DNA of 64,000 nt from the human T2T-CHM13v2.0 reference genome, Homo sapiens, in assembly GCF_009914755.1 (NCBI RefSeq), contig NC_060935.1. One strand, 5' to 3'. Within the stretch, counting starts at the first letter, position 1. The number at the start of each line of letters is the position of its first letter. The notes beneath the pieces were generated by a model. It ran no database searches and was not told the DNA's origin. It worked only from the letters and a program-made list of their open reading frames with translations. The translations under genes were made by a program, and so were the position numbers. This document shows, piece after piece, positions 40,596 to 53,300 of the stretch.

Positions 40596-43500
40596 GAAGC
40601 ATTGTGAGAAACTTCTTTGTGATGTTTGCATTCAACTCACAGAGTTGAACCTTGCTTTCATAGTTCAGCTTTCAAACACTCTTTTTGTAGAATCTGCAAG
40701 TGGATATTTGGACCACTTTGTGGCCTTCCTTCGAAACGGGTATATCTTCACATCAAACCTAGACAGAAGCATTCTCAGAATGTTCCCTGTGATGACTGCA
40801 TTCAACTCACAGAGGTGAACAATCCTGCTGATGGAGCAGTTTTGAAACTCTCTTTCTTTGGATTCTGCAAGTGGATATGTGGACCTCTGTGAAGATTTCG
40901 TTGGAAACGGGTTCATCTTCACAGACAAACTAAACAGGAGCATTCTCAGAAACTGCTTTGTGATGTTTGTGTTCCACTTCAAGAATTGAACTTTCCTCTT
41001 GACAGAGCAGCTCTGAAACCCTCTTTTTGTAGAATCTGCAAGTGGACATTTGGAGGTCTTTGAGGCCTGTGGTGGAAAAGGAAAATCTTCACATAAAAAC
41101 TTTAGGAAGCATTCTCAGAAGCTTCTTTGTGATGATTGCATTCGACTCACAGAGTTGAACATTCCTATAGATAGAGCAGGTTGTAAACAATCTTTTTGTA
41201 GAATCTGTGATTGGAGATTTGGACTGCTTTGAGGCCTACTGTAGTAAAGGAAATAACTTCATCTAAAAACCAAACGGAAGCATTCACAGACAATTCTTAG
41301 TGATCATTGGATTGAACTAACAGAGCTGAACATTCCTTTAGATGGAGCAGTTTCCAAACCCACTTTCTGTAGAATCTGCAAGTGGATATTTGGACTTCTC
41401 TGAGGATTTCGTTGGAAACAGGATAAACTTCCCAGAACTACACGGAAGCATTGTGAGAAACTTCTTTGTGATGTTTGCATTCAACTCACAGAGTTGAACC
41501 TTGCTTTCATAGTTCAGCTTTCAAACACTCTTTTTGTAGAATCTGCAAGTGGATATTTGGACCACTTTGTGGCCTTCCTTCGAAACGGGTATATCTTCAC
41601 ATCAAACCTAGAAAGAAGCATTCTCAGAATGTTTCCTGTGATGACTGCATTCAACTCACAGAGGTGAACAATCCTGTTGATGGAGCACTTTTGAAACTCT
41701 CTTTCTTTGGATTCTGCAAGTTGATATGTGGACCTCTGAGAAGATTTCGTTGGAAACGGTTTCATATTCACAGAAAAACTAAACAGAAGCATTCTCAGAA
41801 ACTACTTTGTGATGTTTGTGTTCCACTTCAAGAATTGAACTTTCCTCTTGACAGAGCAGCTCTGAAACCCTCTTTTTCTAGAATCTGCAAGTGGACATTT
41901 GGAGGGATTTGAGGCCTGTCGTGGAAAAGGAAAATCTTCACATAAAAACTAGATGGAAGCATTCTCAGAAACTACTTTGTGATGATTGCATTCGACTCAC
42001 AGAGTTGAACATTCCTATAGATAGAGCAGGTTGTAAACAATCTTTTTGTAGAATCTGCGATTGGAGATTTGGACTGCTTTGAGGCCTACTGTAGTAAAGG
42101 AAATAACTTCATCTAAAAACCAAACGGAAGCATTCACAGACAATTCTTAGTGATCATTGCATTGAACTAACAGAGCTGAACATTCCTTTAGATGGCGCAG
42201 TTTCCAAAAACACTTTCTGTAGAATCTGCAAGTGGATATTTGGACCTCTCTGAGGATTTCGTTGGAAACGGGATAAACTTCCCAGAACTATAGGGAAGCA
42301 TTGTGAGAAACTTCTTTGTGATGTTTGCATTCAACTCACAGAGTTGAACCTTGCTTTCATAGTTCAGCTTTCAAACACTCTTTTTGTAGAATCTGCAAGT
42401 GGATATTTGGACCACTTTGTGGCCTTCCTTCGAAACGGGTATATCTTCACATCAAACCTAGACAGAAGCATTCTCAGAATGTTTCCTGTGATGACTGCAT
42501 TCAACTCACAGAGGTGAACAATCCTGTTGATGGAGCACTTTTGAAACTCTCTTTCTTTGGATTCTGCAAGTTGATATGTGGACCTCTGTGAAGATTTCGT
42601 TGGAAACGGGTTCATCTTCACAGAAAAACTAAACAGAAGCATTCTCAGAAACTGCTTTGTGATGTTTGTGTTCCACTTCAGGAATTGAACTTTCCTCTTG
42701 ACAGAGCAGCTCTGAAACCCTCTTATTCTAGAATCTGCAAGTGGACATTTGGAGGGCTTTGAGGCCTGTGGTGGAAAAGGAAAATCTTCACATAAAAACT
42801 AGATGGAAGCATTCTCAGAAACTACTTTGTGATGATTGCATTCGACTCACAGAGTTGAACATTCCTATAGATAGAGCAGGTTGTAAACAATCTTTTTGTA
42901 GAATCTGCGATTGGAGATTTGGACTGCTTTGAGGCCTACTGTCGTAAAGGAAATAACTTCATCTAAAAACCAAACGGAAGCATTCACAGACAATTCTTAG
43001 TGATCATTGGATTGAACTAACAGAGCTGAACATTCCTTTAGATGGAGCAGTTTCCAAACACAGTTTCTGTAGAATCTGCAAGTGGATATTTGGACTTCAC
43101 TGAGGATTTCGTTGGAAACGGGATAAACTTCCCAGAACTACACGGAAGCATTGTGAGAAACTTCTTTGTGATGTTTGCATTCAACTCACAGAGTTGAACC
43201 TTGCTTTCATAGTTCAGCTTTCAAACACTCTTTTTGTAGAATCTGCAAGTGGATATTTGGACCACTTTGTGGCCTTCCTTCGAAACGGGTATATCTTCAC
43301 ATCAAACCTAGACAGAAGCATTCTCAGAATGTTTCCTGTGATGACTGCATTCAACTCACAGAGGTGAACAATCCTGCTGATGGAGCAGTTTTGAAACTCT
43401 CTTTCTTTGGATTCTGCAAGTGGATATGTGGACCTCTGTGAAGATTTCGTTGGAAACGGGTTCATCTTCACAGAAAAACTAAACAGGAGCATTCTCAGAA

Positions 43501-46500
43501 ACTGCTTTGTGATGTTTGTGTTCCACTTCAAGAATTGAACTTTCCTCTTGACAGAGCAGCTCTGAAACCCTCTTTTTCTAGAATCTGCAAGTGTACATTT
43601 GGAGGGATTTGAGGCCTGTGGTGGAAAAGGAAAATCTTCACATAAAAACTAGATGGAAGCATTCTCAGAAACTACTTTGTGATGATTGCATTCGACTCAC
43701 AGAGTTGAACATTCCTATAGATAGAGCAGGTTATAAACAATCTTTTTGTAGAATCTGCGATTGGAGATTTGGACTGCTTTGAGGCCTACTGTAGTAAAGG
43801 AAATAACTTCATCTAAAAACCAAACGGAAGCATTCACAGACAATTCTTAGTGATCATTGGATTGAACTAACAGAGCTGAACATTCCTTTAGATGGAGCAG
43901 TTTCCAAACACACTTTCTGTAGAATCTGCAAGTGGATATTTGGACTTCTCTGAGGATTTCGTTGGAAACGGGATAAACTTCCCAGAACTACACGGAAGCA
44001 TTGTGAGAAACTTCTTTGTGATGTTTGCATTCAACTCACAGAGTTGAACCTTGCTTTCATAGTTCAGCTTTCAAACACTCTTTTTATAGAATCTGCAAGT
44101 GGATATTTGGACCACTTTGTGGCCTTCCTTCGAAACGGGTATATCTTCACATCAAACCTAGACAGAAGCATTCTCAGAATGTTCCCTGTGATGACTGCAT
44201 TCAAATCACAGAGGTGAACAATCCTGCTGATGGAGCAGTTTTGAAACTCTCTTTCTTTGGATTCTGCAAGTGGATATGTGGACCTCTGTGAAGATTTCGT
44301 TGGAAACGGGTTCATCTTCACAGACAAACTAAACAGGAGCATTCTCAGAAACTGCTTTGTGATGTTTGTGTTCCACTTCAAGAATTGAACTTTCCTCTTG
44401 ACAGAGCAGCTCTGAAACCCTCTTTTTGTAGAATCTGCAAGTGGACATTTGGAGGGCTTTGAGGCCTGTGGTGGAAAAGGAAAATCTTCACATAAAAACT
44501 TTAGGAAGCATTCTCAGAAACTTCTTTGTGATGATTGCATTCGACTCACAGAGTTGAACATTCCTATATATAGAGCAGGTTGTAAACAATCTTTTTGTAG
44601 AATCTGTGATTGGAGATTTGGACTGCTTTGAGGCCTACTGTAGTAAAGGAAATAACTTCATCTAAAAACCAAACGGAAGCATTCACAGACAATTCTTAGT
44701 GATCATTGGATTGAACTAACAGAACTGAACATTCCTTTAGATGGAGCAGTTTCCAAACCCACTTTCTGTAGAATCTGCAAGTGGATATTTGGACTTCTCT
44801 GAGGATTTCGTTGGAAACAGGATAAACTTCCCAGAACTACACGGAAGCATTGTGAGAAACTTCCTTGTGATGTTTGCATTCAACTCACAGAGTTGAACCT
44901 TGCTTTCATAGTTCAGCTTTCAAACACTCTTTTTGTAGAATCTGCAAGTGGATATTTGGACCACTTTGTGGCCTTCCTTCGAAACGGGTATATCTTCACA
45001 TCAAACCTAGACAGAAGCATTCTCAGAATGTTTCCTGTGATGACTGCATTCAACTCACAGAGGTGAACAATCCTGTTGATGGAGCACTTTTGAAACTCTC
45101 TTTCTTTGGATTCTGCAAGTTGATATGTGGACCTCTGTGAAGATTTCGTTGGAAACGGGTTCATCTTCACAGAAAAACTAAACAGAAGCATTCTCAGAAA
45201 CTACTTTGTGATGTTTGTGTTCCACTTCAAGAATTGAACTTTCCTCTTGACAGAGCAGCTCTGAAACCCTCTTTTTCTAGAATCTGCAAGTGGACATTTG
45301 GAGGGATTTGAGGCCTGTCGTGGAAAAGGAAAATCTTCACATAAAAACTAGATGGAAGCATTCTCAGAAACTACTTTGTGATGATTGCATTCGACTCACA
45401 GAGTTGAACATTCCTATAGATAGAGCAGGTTGTAAACAATCTTTTTGTAGAATCTGCGATTGGAGATTTGGACTGCTTTGAGGCCTACTGTAGTAAAGGA
45501 AATAACTTCATCTAAAAACCAAACGGAAGCATTCAAAGACAATTCTTAGTGATCATTGCATTGAACTAACAGAGCTGAACATTCCTTTAGATGGCGCAGT
45601 TTCCAAAAACACTTTCTGTAGAATCTGCAAGTGGATATTTGGACCTCTCTGAGGATTTCGTTGGAAACGGGATAAACTTCCCAGAACTACACGGAAGCAT
45701 TGTGAGAAACTTCTTTGTGATGTTTGCATTCAACTCACAGAGTTGAACCTTGCTTTCATAGTTCAGCTTTCAAACACTCTTTTTGTAGAATCTGCAAGTG
45801 GATATTTGGACCACTTTGTGGCCTTCCTTCGAAACGGGTATATTTTCACATCAAACCTAGACAGAAGCATTCTCAGAATGTTTCCTGTGATGACTGCATT
45901 CAACTCACAGAGGTGAACAATCCTGTTGATGGAGCACTTTTGAAACTCTCTTTCTTTGGATTCTGCAAGTTGATATGTGGACCTCTGTGAAGATTTCGTT
46001 GGAAACGGGTTCATCTTCACAGAAAAACTAAACAGAAGCATTCTCAGAAACTGCTTTGTGATGTTTGTGTTCCACTTCAGGAATTGAACTTTCCTCTTGA
46101 CAGAGCAGCTCTGAAACCCTCTTATTCTAGAATCTGCAAGTGGACATTTGGAGGGCTTTGAGGCTTCTGGTGGAAAAGGAAAATCTTCACATAAAAACTA
46201 GATGGAAGCATTCTCAGAAACTACTTTGTGATGATTGCATTCGACTCACAGAGTTGAACATTCCTATAGATAGAGCAGGTTGTAAACAATCTTTTTGTAG
46301 AATCTGCGATTGGAGATTTGGACTGCTTTGAGGCCTACTGTAGTAAAGGAAATAACTTCATCTAAAAACCAAACGGAAGCATTCACAGACAATTCTTAGT
46401 GATCATTGGATTGAACTAACAGAGCTGAACATTCCTTTAGATGGAGCAGTTTCCAAACACACTTTCTGTAGAATCTGCAAGTGGATATTTGGACTTCTCT

Positions 46501-47393
46501 GAGGATTTCGTTGGAAACGGGATAAACTTCCCAGAACTACACGGAAGCATTCTGAGAAACTTCTTTGTCATGTTTGCATTCAACTCACAGAGTTGAACCT
46601 TGCTTTCATAGTTCAGCTTTCAAACACTCTTTTTGTAGAATCTGCAAGTGGATATTTGGACCACTTTGTGGCCTTCCTTCGAAACGGGTATATCTTCCCA
46701 TCAAACCTAGACAGAAGCATTCTCAGAATGTTTCCTGTGATGACTGCATTCAACTCACAGAGGTGAACAATACTGCTGATGGAGCAGTTTTGAAACTCTC
46801 TTTCTTTGGATTCTGCAAGTGGATATGTGGACCTCTGTGAAGATTTCGTTGGAAACGGGTTCATCTTCACAGAAAAACTAAACAGGAGCATTCTCAGAAA
46901 CTGCTTTGTGATGTTTGTGTTCCACTTCAAGAATTGAACTTTCCTCTTGACAGAGCAGCTCTGAAACCCTCTTTTTCTAGAATCTGCAAGTGTACATTTG
47001 GAGGGCTTTGAGGCCTGTGGTGGAAAAGGAAAATCTTCACATAAAAACTAGATGGAAGCATTCTCAGAAACTACTTTGTGATGATTGCATTCGACTCACA
47101 GAGTTGAACATTCCTATAGATAGAGCAGGTTGTAAACAATCTTTTTGTAGAATCTGCGATTGGAGATTTGGACTGCTTTGAGGCCTACTGTAGTAAAGGA
47201 AATAACTTCATCTAAAAACCAAACGGAAGCATTCACAGACAATTCTTAGTGATCATTGCATTGAACTAACAGAGCTGAACATTCCTTTAGATGGAGCAGT
47301 TTCCAAACCCACTTTCTGTAGAATCTGCAAGTGGATATTTGGACTTCTCTGAGGATTTCGTTGGAAACGGGATAAACTTCCCAGAACTACACG
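40596..47393 (+). repeat. 4-HOR (3399 bp) period duplication with post-duplication divergence
   Basis: GTTCCCTGT/ACAGACAAAC/lost XbaI/CTTTAGG occur in the units at 40596 and 43995. CTGTCGTGG/CCAAAAACAC occur in the units at 41445 and 44844. Confidence 0.78.
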
Positions 47394-50300
47394 GAAGCAT
47401 TCTGAGAAACTTCTTTGTGATGTTTGCATTCAACTCACAGAGTTGAACCTTGCTTTCATAGTTCAGCTTTCAAACACTCTTTTTGTAGAATGTGCAAGTG
47501 GATATTTGGACCACTTTGTGGCCTTCCTTCGAAACGGGTATATCTTCACATCAAACCTAGACAGAAGCATTCTCAGAATGTTTCCTGTGATGACTGCATT
47601 CAACTCACAGAGGTGAACAATCCTGCTGATGGAGCAGTTTTGAAACTCTCTTTCTTTGGATTCTACAAGTGGATATGTGGACCTCTGTGAAGATTTCTTT
47701 GGAAACGGGTTCATCTTCACAGAAAAACTAAACAGAAGCATTCTCAGAAACTGCTTTGTGATGTTTGTGTTCCACTTCAGGAATTGAACTTTCCTCTTGA
47801 CAGAGCAGCTCTGAAACCCTCTTATTCTAGAATCTGCAAGTGGACATTTGGAGGGCTTTGAGGCCTGTGGTGGAAAAGGAAAATCTTCACATAAAAACTA
47901 GATGGAAGCATTCTCAGAAACTACTTTGTGATGATTGCATTCGACTCACAGAGTTGAACATTCCTATAGATAGAGCAGGTTGTAAACAATCTTTTTGTAG
48001 AATCTGCGATTGGAGATTTGGACTGCTTTGAGGCCTACTGTCGTACAGGAAATAACTTCATCTAAAAACCAAACGGAAGCATTCACAGACAATTCTTAGT
48101 GATCATTGGATTGAACTAACAGAGCTGAACATTCCTTTAGATGGAGCAGTTTCCAAACACAGTTTCTGTAGAATCTGCAAGTGGATATTTGGACTTCACT
48201 GAGGATTTCGTTGGAAACGGGATAAACTTCCCAGAACTACACGGAAGCATTGTGAGAAACTTCTTTGTGATGTTAGCATTCAACTCACAGAGTTGAACCT
48301 TGCTTTCATACTTCAGCTTTCAAACACTCTTTTTGTGGAATCTGCAAGTGAATGTTTGGACCACTTTGTGGCCTTCCTTCGAAACGGGTATATCTTCACA
48401 TCAAACCTAGACAGAAGCATTCTCAGAATGTTTCCTGTGATGACTGCATTCAACTCACAGAGGTGAACAATCCTGCTGATGGAGCAGTTTTGAAACTCTC
48501 TTTCTTTGGATTCTGCAAGTGGATATGTGGACCTCTGTGAAGATTTCGTTGGAAACGGGTTCATCTTCACAGAAAAACTAAACAGGAGCATTCTCAGAAA
48601 CTGCTTTGTGATGTTTGTGTTCCTGTTCAAGAATTGAACTTTCCTCTTGACAGAGCAGCTCTGAAACCCTCTTTTTCTAGAATCTGCAAGTGGACATTTG
48701 GAGGGCTTTGAGGCCTGTGGTGGAAAAGGAAAATCTTCACATAAAAACTAGATGGAAGCATTCTCAGAAACTACTTTGTGATGATTGCATTCGACTCACA
48801 GAGTTGAACATTCCTATAGATAGAGCAGTTTGTAAACAATCTTTTTGTAGAATCTGCGATTGGAGATTTGGACTGCTTTGAGGCCTACTGTAGTAAAGGA
48901 AATAACTTCATCTAAAAACCAAACGGAAGCATTCACAGACAATTCTTAGTGATCATTGGATTGAACTAACAGAGCTGAACATTCCTTTAGATGGAGCAGT
49001 TTCCAAACCCACTTTCTGTAGAATCTGCAAGTGGATATTTGGACTTCTCTGAGGATTTCGTTGGAAACGGGATAAACTTCCCAGAACTACACGGAAGCAT
49101 TGTGAGAAACTTCTTTGTGATGTTTGCATTCAACTCACAGAGTTGAACCTTGCTTTCATAGTTCAGCTTTCAAACACTCTTTTTGTAGAATCTGCAAGTG
49201 GATATTTGGACCACTTTGTGGCCTTCCTTCGAAACGGGTATATCTTCACATCAAACCTAGACAGAAGCATTCTCAGAATGTTTCCTGTGATGACTGCATT
49301 CAACTCACAGAGATGAACAATCCTGCTGATGGAGCAGTTTTGAAACTCTCTTTCTTTGGATTCTGCAAGTGGATATGTGGACCTCTGTGAAGATTTCGTT
49401 GGAAACGGGTTCATCTTCACAGAAAAACTAAACAGAAGCATTCTCAGAAACTGCTTTGTGATGTTTGTGTTCCACTTCAGGAATTGAACTTTCCTCTTGA
49501 CAGAGCAGCTATGAAACCCTCTTGTTCTAGAATCTGCAAGTGGACATTTGGAGGGCTTTGAGGCCTGTGGTGGAAAAGGAAAATCTTCACATAAATACTA
49601 GATGGAAGCATTCTCAGAAACTACTTTGTGATGATTGCATACGACTCACAGAGTTGAACATTCCTATAGATAGAGCAGGTTGTAAACAATCTTTTTGTAG
49701 AATCTGCGATTGGAGATTTGGACTGCTTTGAGGCCTACTGTAGAAAAGGAAATAACTTCATCTAAAAACCAAACGGAAGCATTCACAGACAATTCTTAGT
49801 GATCATTGGATTGAACTAACAGAGCTGAACATTCCTTTAGATGGAGCAGTTTCCAAACACACTTTCTGTAGAATCTGCAAGTGGATATTTGGACTTCTCT
49901 GAGGATTTCGTTGGAAACGGGATAAACTTCCCAGAACTACACGGAAGCATTCTGAGAAACTTCTTTGTGATGTTTGCATTCAACTCACAGAGTTGAACCT
50001 TGCTTTCATAGTTCAGCTTTCAAACACTCTTTTTGTAGAATCTGCAAGTGGATATTTGGACCACTTTGTGGCCTTCCTTCGAAACGGGTATATCTTCACA
50101 TCAAACCTAGACAGAAGCATTCTCAGAATGTTTCCTGTGATGACTGCATTCAACTCACAGAGGTGAACAATCCTGCTGATGGAGCAGTTTTGAAACTCTC
50201 TTTCTTTGGATTCTGCAAGTGGATATGTGGACCTCTGTGAAGATTTCGTTGGAAACCGGTTCATCCTCACAGAAAAACTAAACAGGAGCATTCTCAGAAA

Positions 50301-53300
50301 CTGCTTTGTGATGTTTGTGTTCCACTTCAAGAATTGAACTTTCCTCTTGACAGAGCAGCTCTGAAACCCTCTTTTTCTAGAATCTGCAAGTGGACATTTG
50401 GAGGGCTTTGAGGCCTGTGGTGGAAAAGGAAAATCTTCACATAAAAACTAGATGGAAGCATTCTCAGAAACTACTTTGTGATGATTGCATTCGACTCACA
50501 GAGTTCAACATTCCTATAGGGAGAGCAGGTTGTAAACAATCTTTTTGTAGAATCTGCGATTAGAGATTTGGACTGCTTTGAGGCCTACTGTAGTAAAGGA
50601 AATAACTTCATCTAAAAACCAAACGGAAGCATTCACAGACAATTCTTAGTGATCATTGCATTGAACTAACAGAGCTGAACATTCGTTTAGATGGCGCAGT
50701 TTCCAAACACACTTTCTGTAGAATCTGCAAGTGGATATTTGGACCTCTCTGAGGATTTCGTTGGAAACGGGATAAACTTCCCAGAACTACACGGAAGAAT
50801 TCTGAGAAACTTCTTTGTGATGTTTGCATTCAACTCACAGAGTTGAACCTTGCTTTCATAGTTCAGCTTTCAAACACTCTTTTTGTAGAATCTGCAAGTT
50901 GATATTTGGACCACTTTGTGGCCTTCCTTCGAAACGGGTATATCTTCACATCAAACCTAGACAGAAGCATTCTCAGAATGTTTCCTGTGATGACTGCATT
51001 CAACTCACAGAGGTGAACAATCCTGCTGATGGAGCAGTTTTGAAATTCTCTTTCTTTGGATTCTGCATGTGGATATGTTGACCTCTATGAAGATTTCGTT
51101 GGAAACGGGTTCATCTTCAAAGAAAAACTAAACAGAAGCATTCTCAGAAACTGCTTTGTGATGTTTGTGTTCCACTTCAGGAATTGAACTTTCCTCTTGA
51201 CAGAGCAGCTCTGAAACCCTCTTATTCTAGAATCTGCAAGTGGACATTTGAAGGGCTTTGAGGCCTGTGGTGGAAAAGGAAAATCTTCACATAAAAACTA
51301 GATGGAAGCATTCTCATAAACTACTTTGTGATGATTGCATTCGACTCACAGAGTTGAATATTCCTATAGATAGAGCAGGTTGTAAACAATCTTTTTGTAG
51401 AATCTGCGATTGGAGATTTGGACTGCTTTGAGGCCTACTGTAGTAAAGGAAATAACTTCATCTAAAAACCAAACGGAAGCATTCACAAACAATTCTTAGT
51501 GATCATTGCATTGAACTAACAGAGCTGAACATTCCTTTAGATGGAGCAGTTTCCAAACACACTTTCTGTAGAATCTGCAAGTGGATATTTGGACCTCTCT
51601 GAGGATTTCGATGGAAACGGGATAAACTTCCCAGAACTACACGGAAGCATTCTCAGAAACTTCTTTGTGATGTTTGCATTCAACTCACAGAGTTGAACCT
51701 TGCTTTCATAGTTCAGCTTTCAAACACTCTTTTTGTAGAATCTGCAAGTGGATATTTGGACCACTTTGTGTCCTTCCTTCGAAACGGGTATATCTTCACA
51801 TCAAACCTAGACAGAAGCATTCTCAGAATGTTTCCTGTGATGACTGCATTCAACTCACAGAGGTGAACAATCCTGCTGATGGAGCAGTTTTGAAACTCTC
51901 TTTCTTTGGATTCTGCAAGTGGATATGTGGACCTCTGTGAAGATTTCGTTGGAAACGGGTTCATCTTCACAGAAAAACTAAACAGGAGCATTCTCAGAGA
52001 CTGCTTTGTGATGTTTGTGTTCCACTTCAAGAATTGAACTTTCCTCTTGACAGAGCAGCTCTGAAATCCTCTTTTTCTAGAATCTGCAAGTGGACATTTG
52101 GAAGGCTTTGAGGCCTGTGGTGGAAAAGGAATATCTTCACATAAAAACTAGATGGAAGCATTCTCAGAAACTACTTTGTGATGATTGCATTCGACTCACA
52201 GAGTTGAACATTCCTATAGATAGAGCAGGTTGTAAACAATCTTTTTGTAGAATCTGCGATTGGAGATTTGGACTGCTTTGAGGCCTACTATAGTAAAGGA
52301 AATAACTTCATCTAAAAACCAAACGGAAGCATTCACAAACAATTCTTAGTGATCATTGCATTGAACTAACAGAGCTGAACATTCCTTTAGATGGCGCAGT
52401 TTCCAAACACACTTTCTGTAGAATCTGCAAGTGGATATTTGGACCTCTCTGAGGATTTCGTTGGAAACGGGATAAACTTCCCAGAACTACACGGAAGCAT
52501 TCTGAGAAACTTCTTTGTGATGTTTGCATTCAACTCACAGAGTTGAACCTTGCTTTCATAGTTCAGCTTTCAAACACTCTTTTTGTAGAATGTGCAAGTG
52601 GATATTTGGACCACTTTGTGGCCTTCCTTCGAAACGGGTATATCTTCACATCAAACCTAGACAGAAGGATTCTCAGAATGTTTCCTGTGACGACTGCATT
52701 CAACTCACAGAGGTGAACAATCCTGCTGATGGAGCAGTTTTGAAACTCTCTTTCTTTGGATTCTGCAAGTGGATATGTGGACCTCTGTGAAGATTTCGTT
52801 GGAAACGGGTTCATCTTCACAGAAAAACTAAACAGAAGCATTCTCAGAAACTGCTTTGTGATGTTTGTGTTCCACTTCAGGAATTGAACTTTCCTCTTGA
52901 CAGAGCAGCTCTGAAACCCTCTTATTCTAGAATCTGCAAGTGGACATTTGGAGGGCTTTGAGGCCTGTGGTGGAAAAGGAAAATCTTCACATTAAAACTA
53001 GATGGAAGCATTCTCAGAAACTACTTTGTGATGATTGCATTCGACTCACAGAGTTGAACATTCCTATAGATAGAGCAGGTTGTAAACAATCTTTTTGTAG
53101 AATCTGCGATTGGAGATTTGGACTGCTTTGAGGCCTACTGTAGTAAAAGAAATAACTTCATCTAAAAACCAAACAGAAGCATTCACAGACAATTCTTAGT
53201 AATCATTGGATTGAACTAACAGAGCTGAACATTCCTTTAGATGGAGCAGTTTCCAAACCCACTTTCTGTAGAATCTGCAAGTGGATATTTGGACTTCTGT

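Noticed and set aside
51606-51622. Variant box TTTCGATGGAAACGGGA as a knockout
   Set aside because: The change is at a non-essential N position, so the core is intact.
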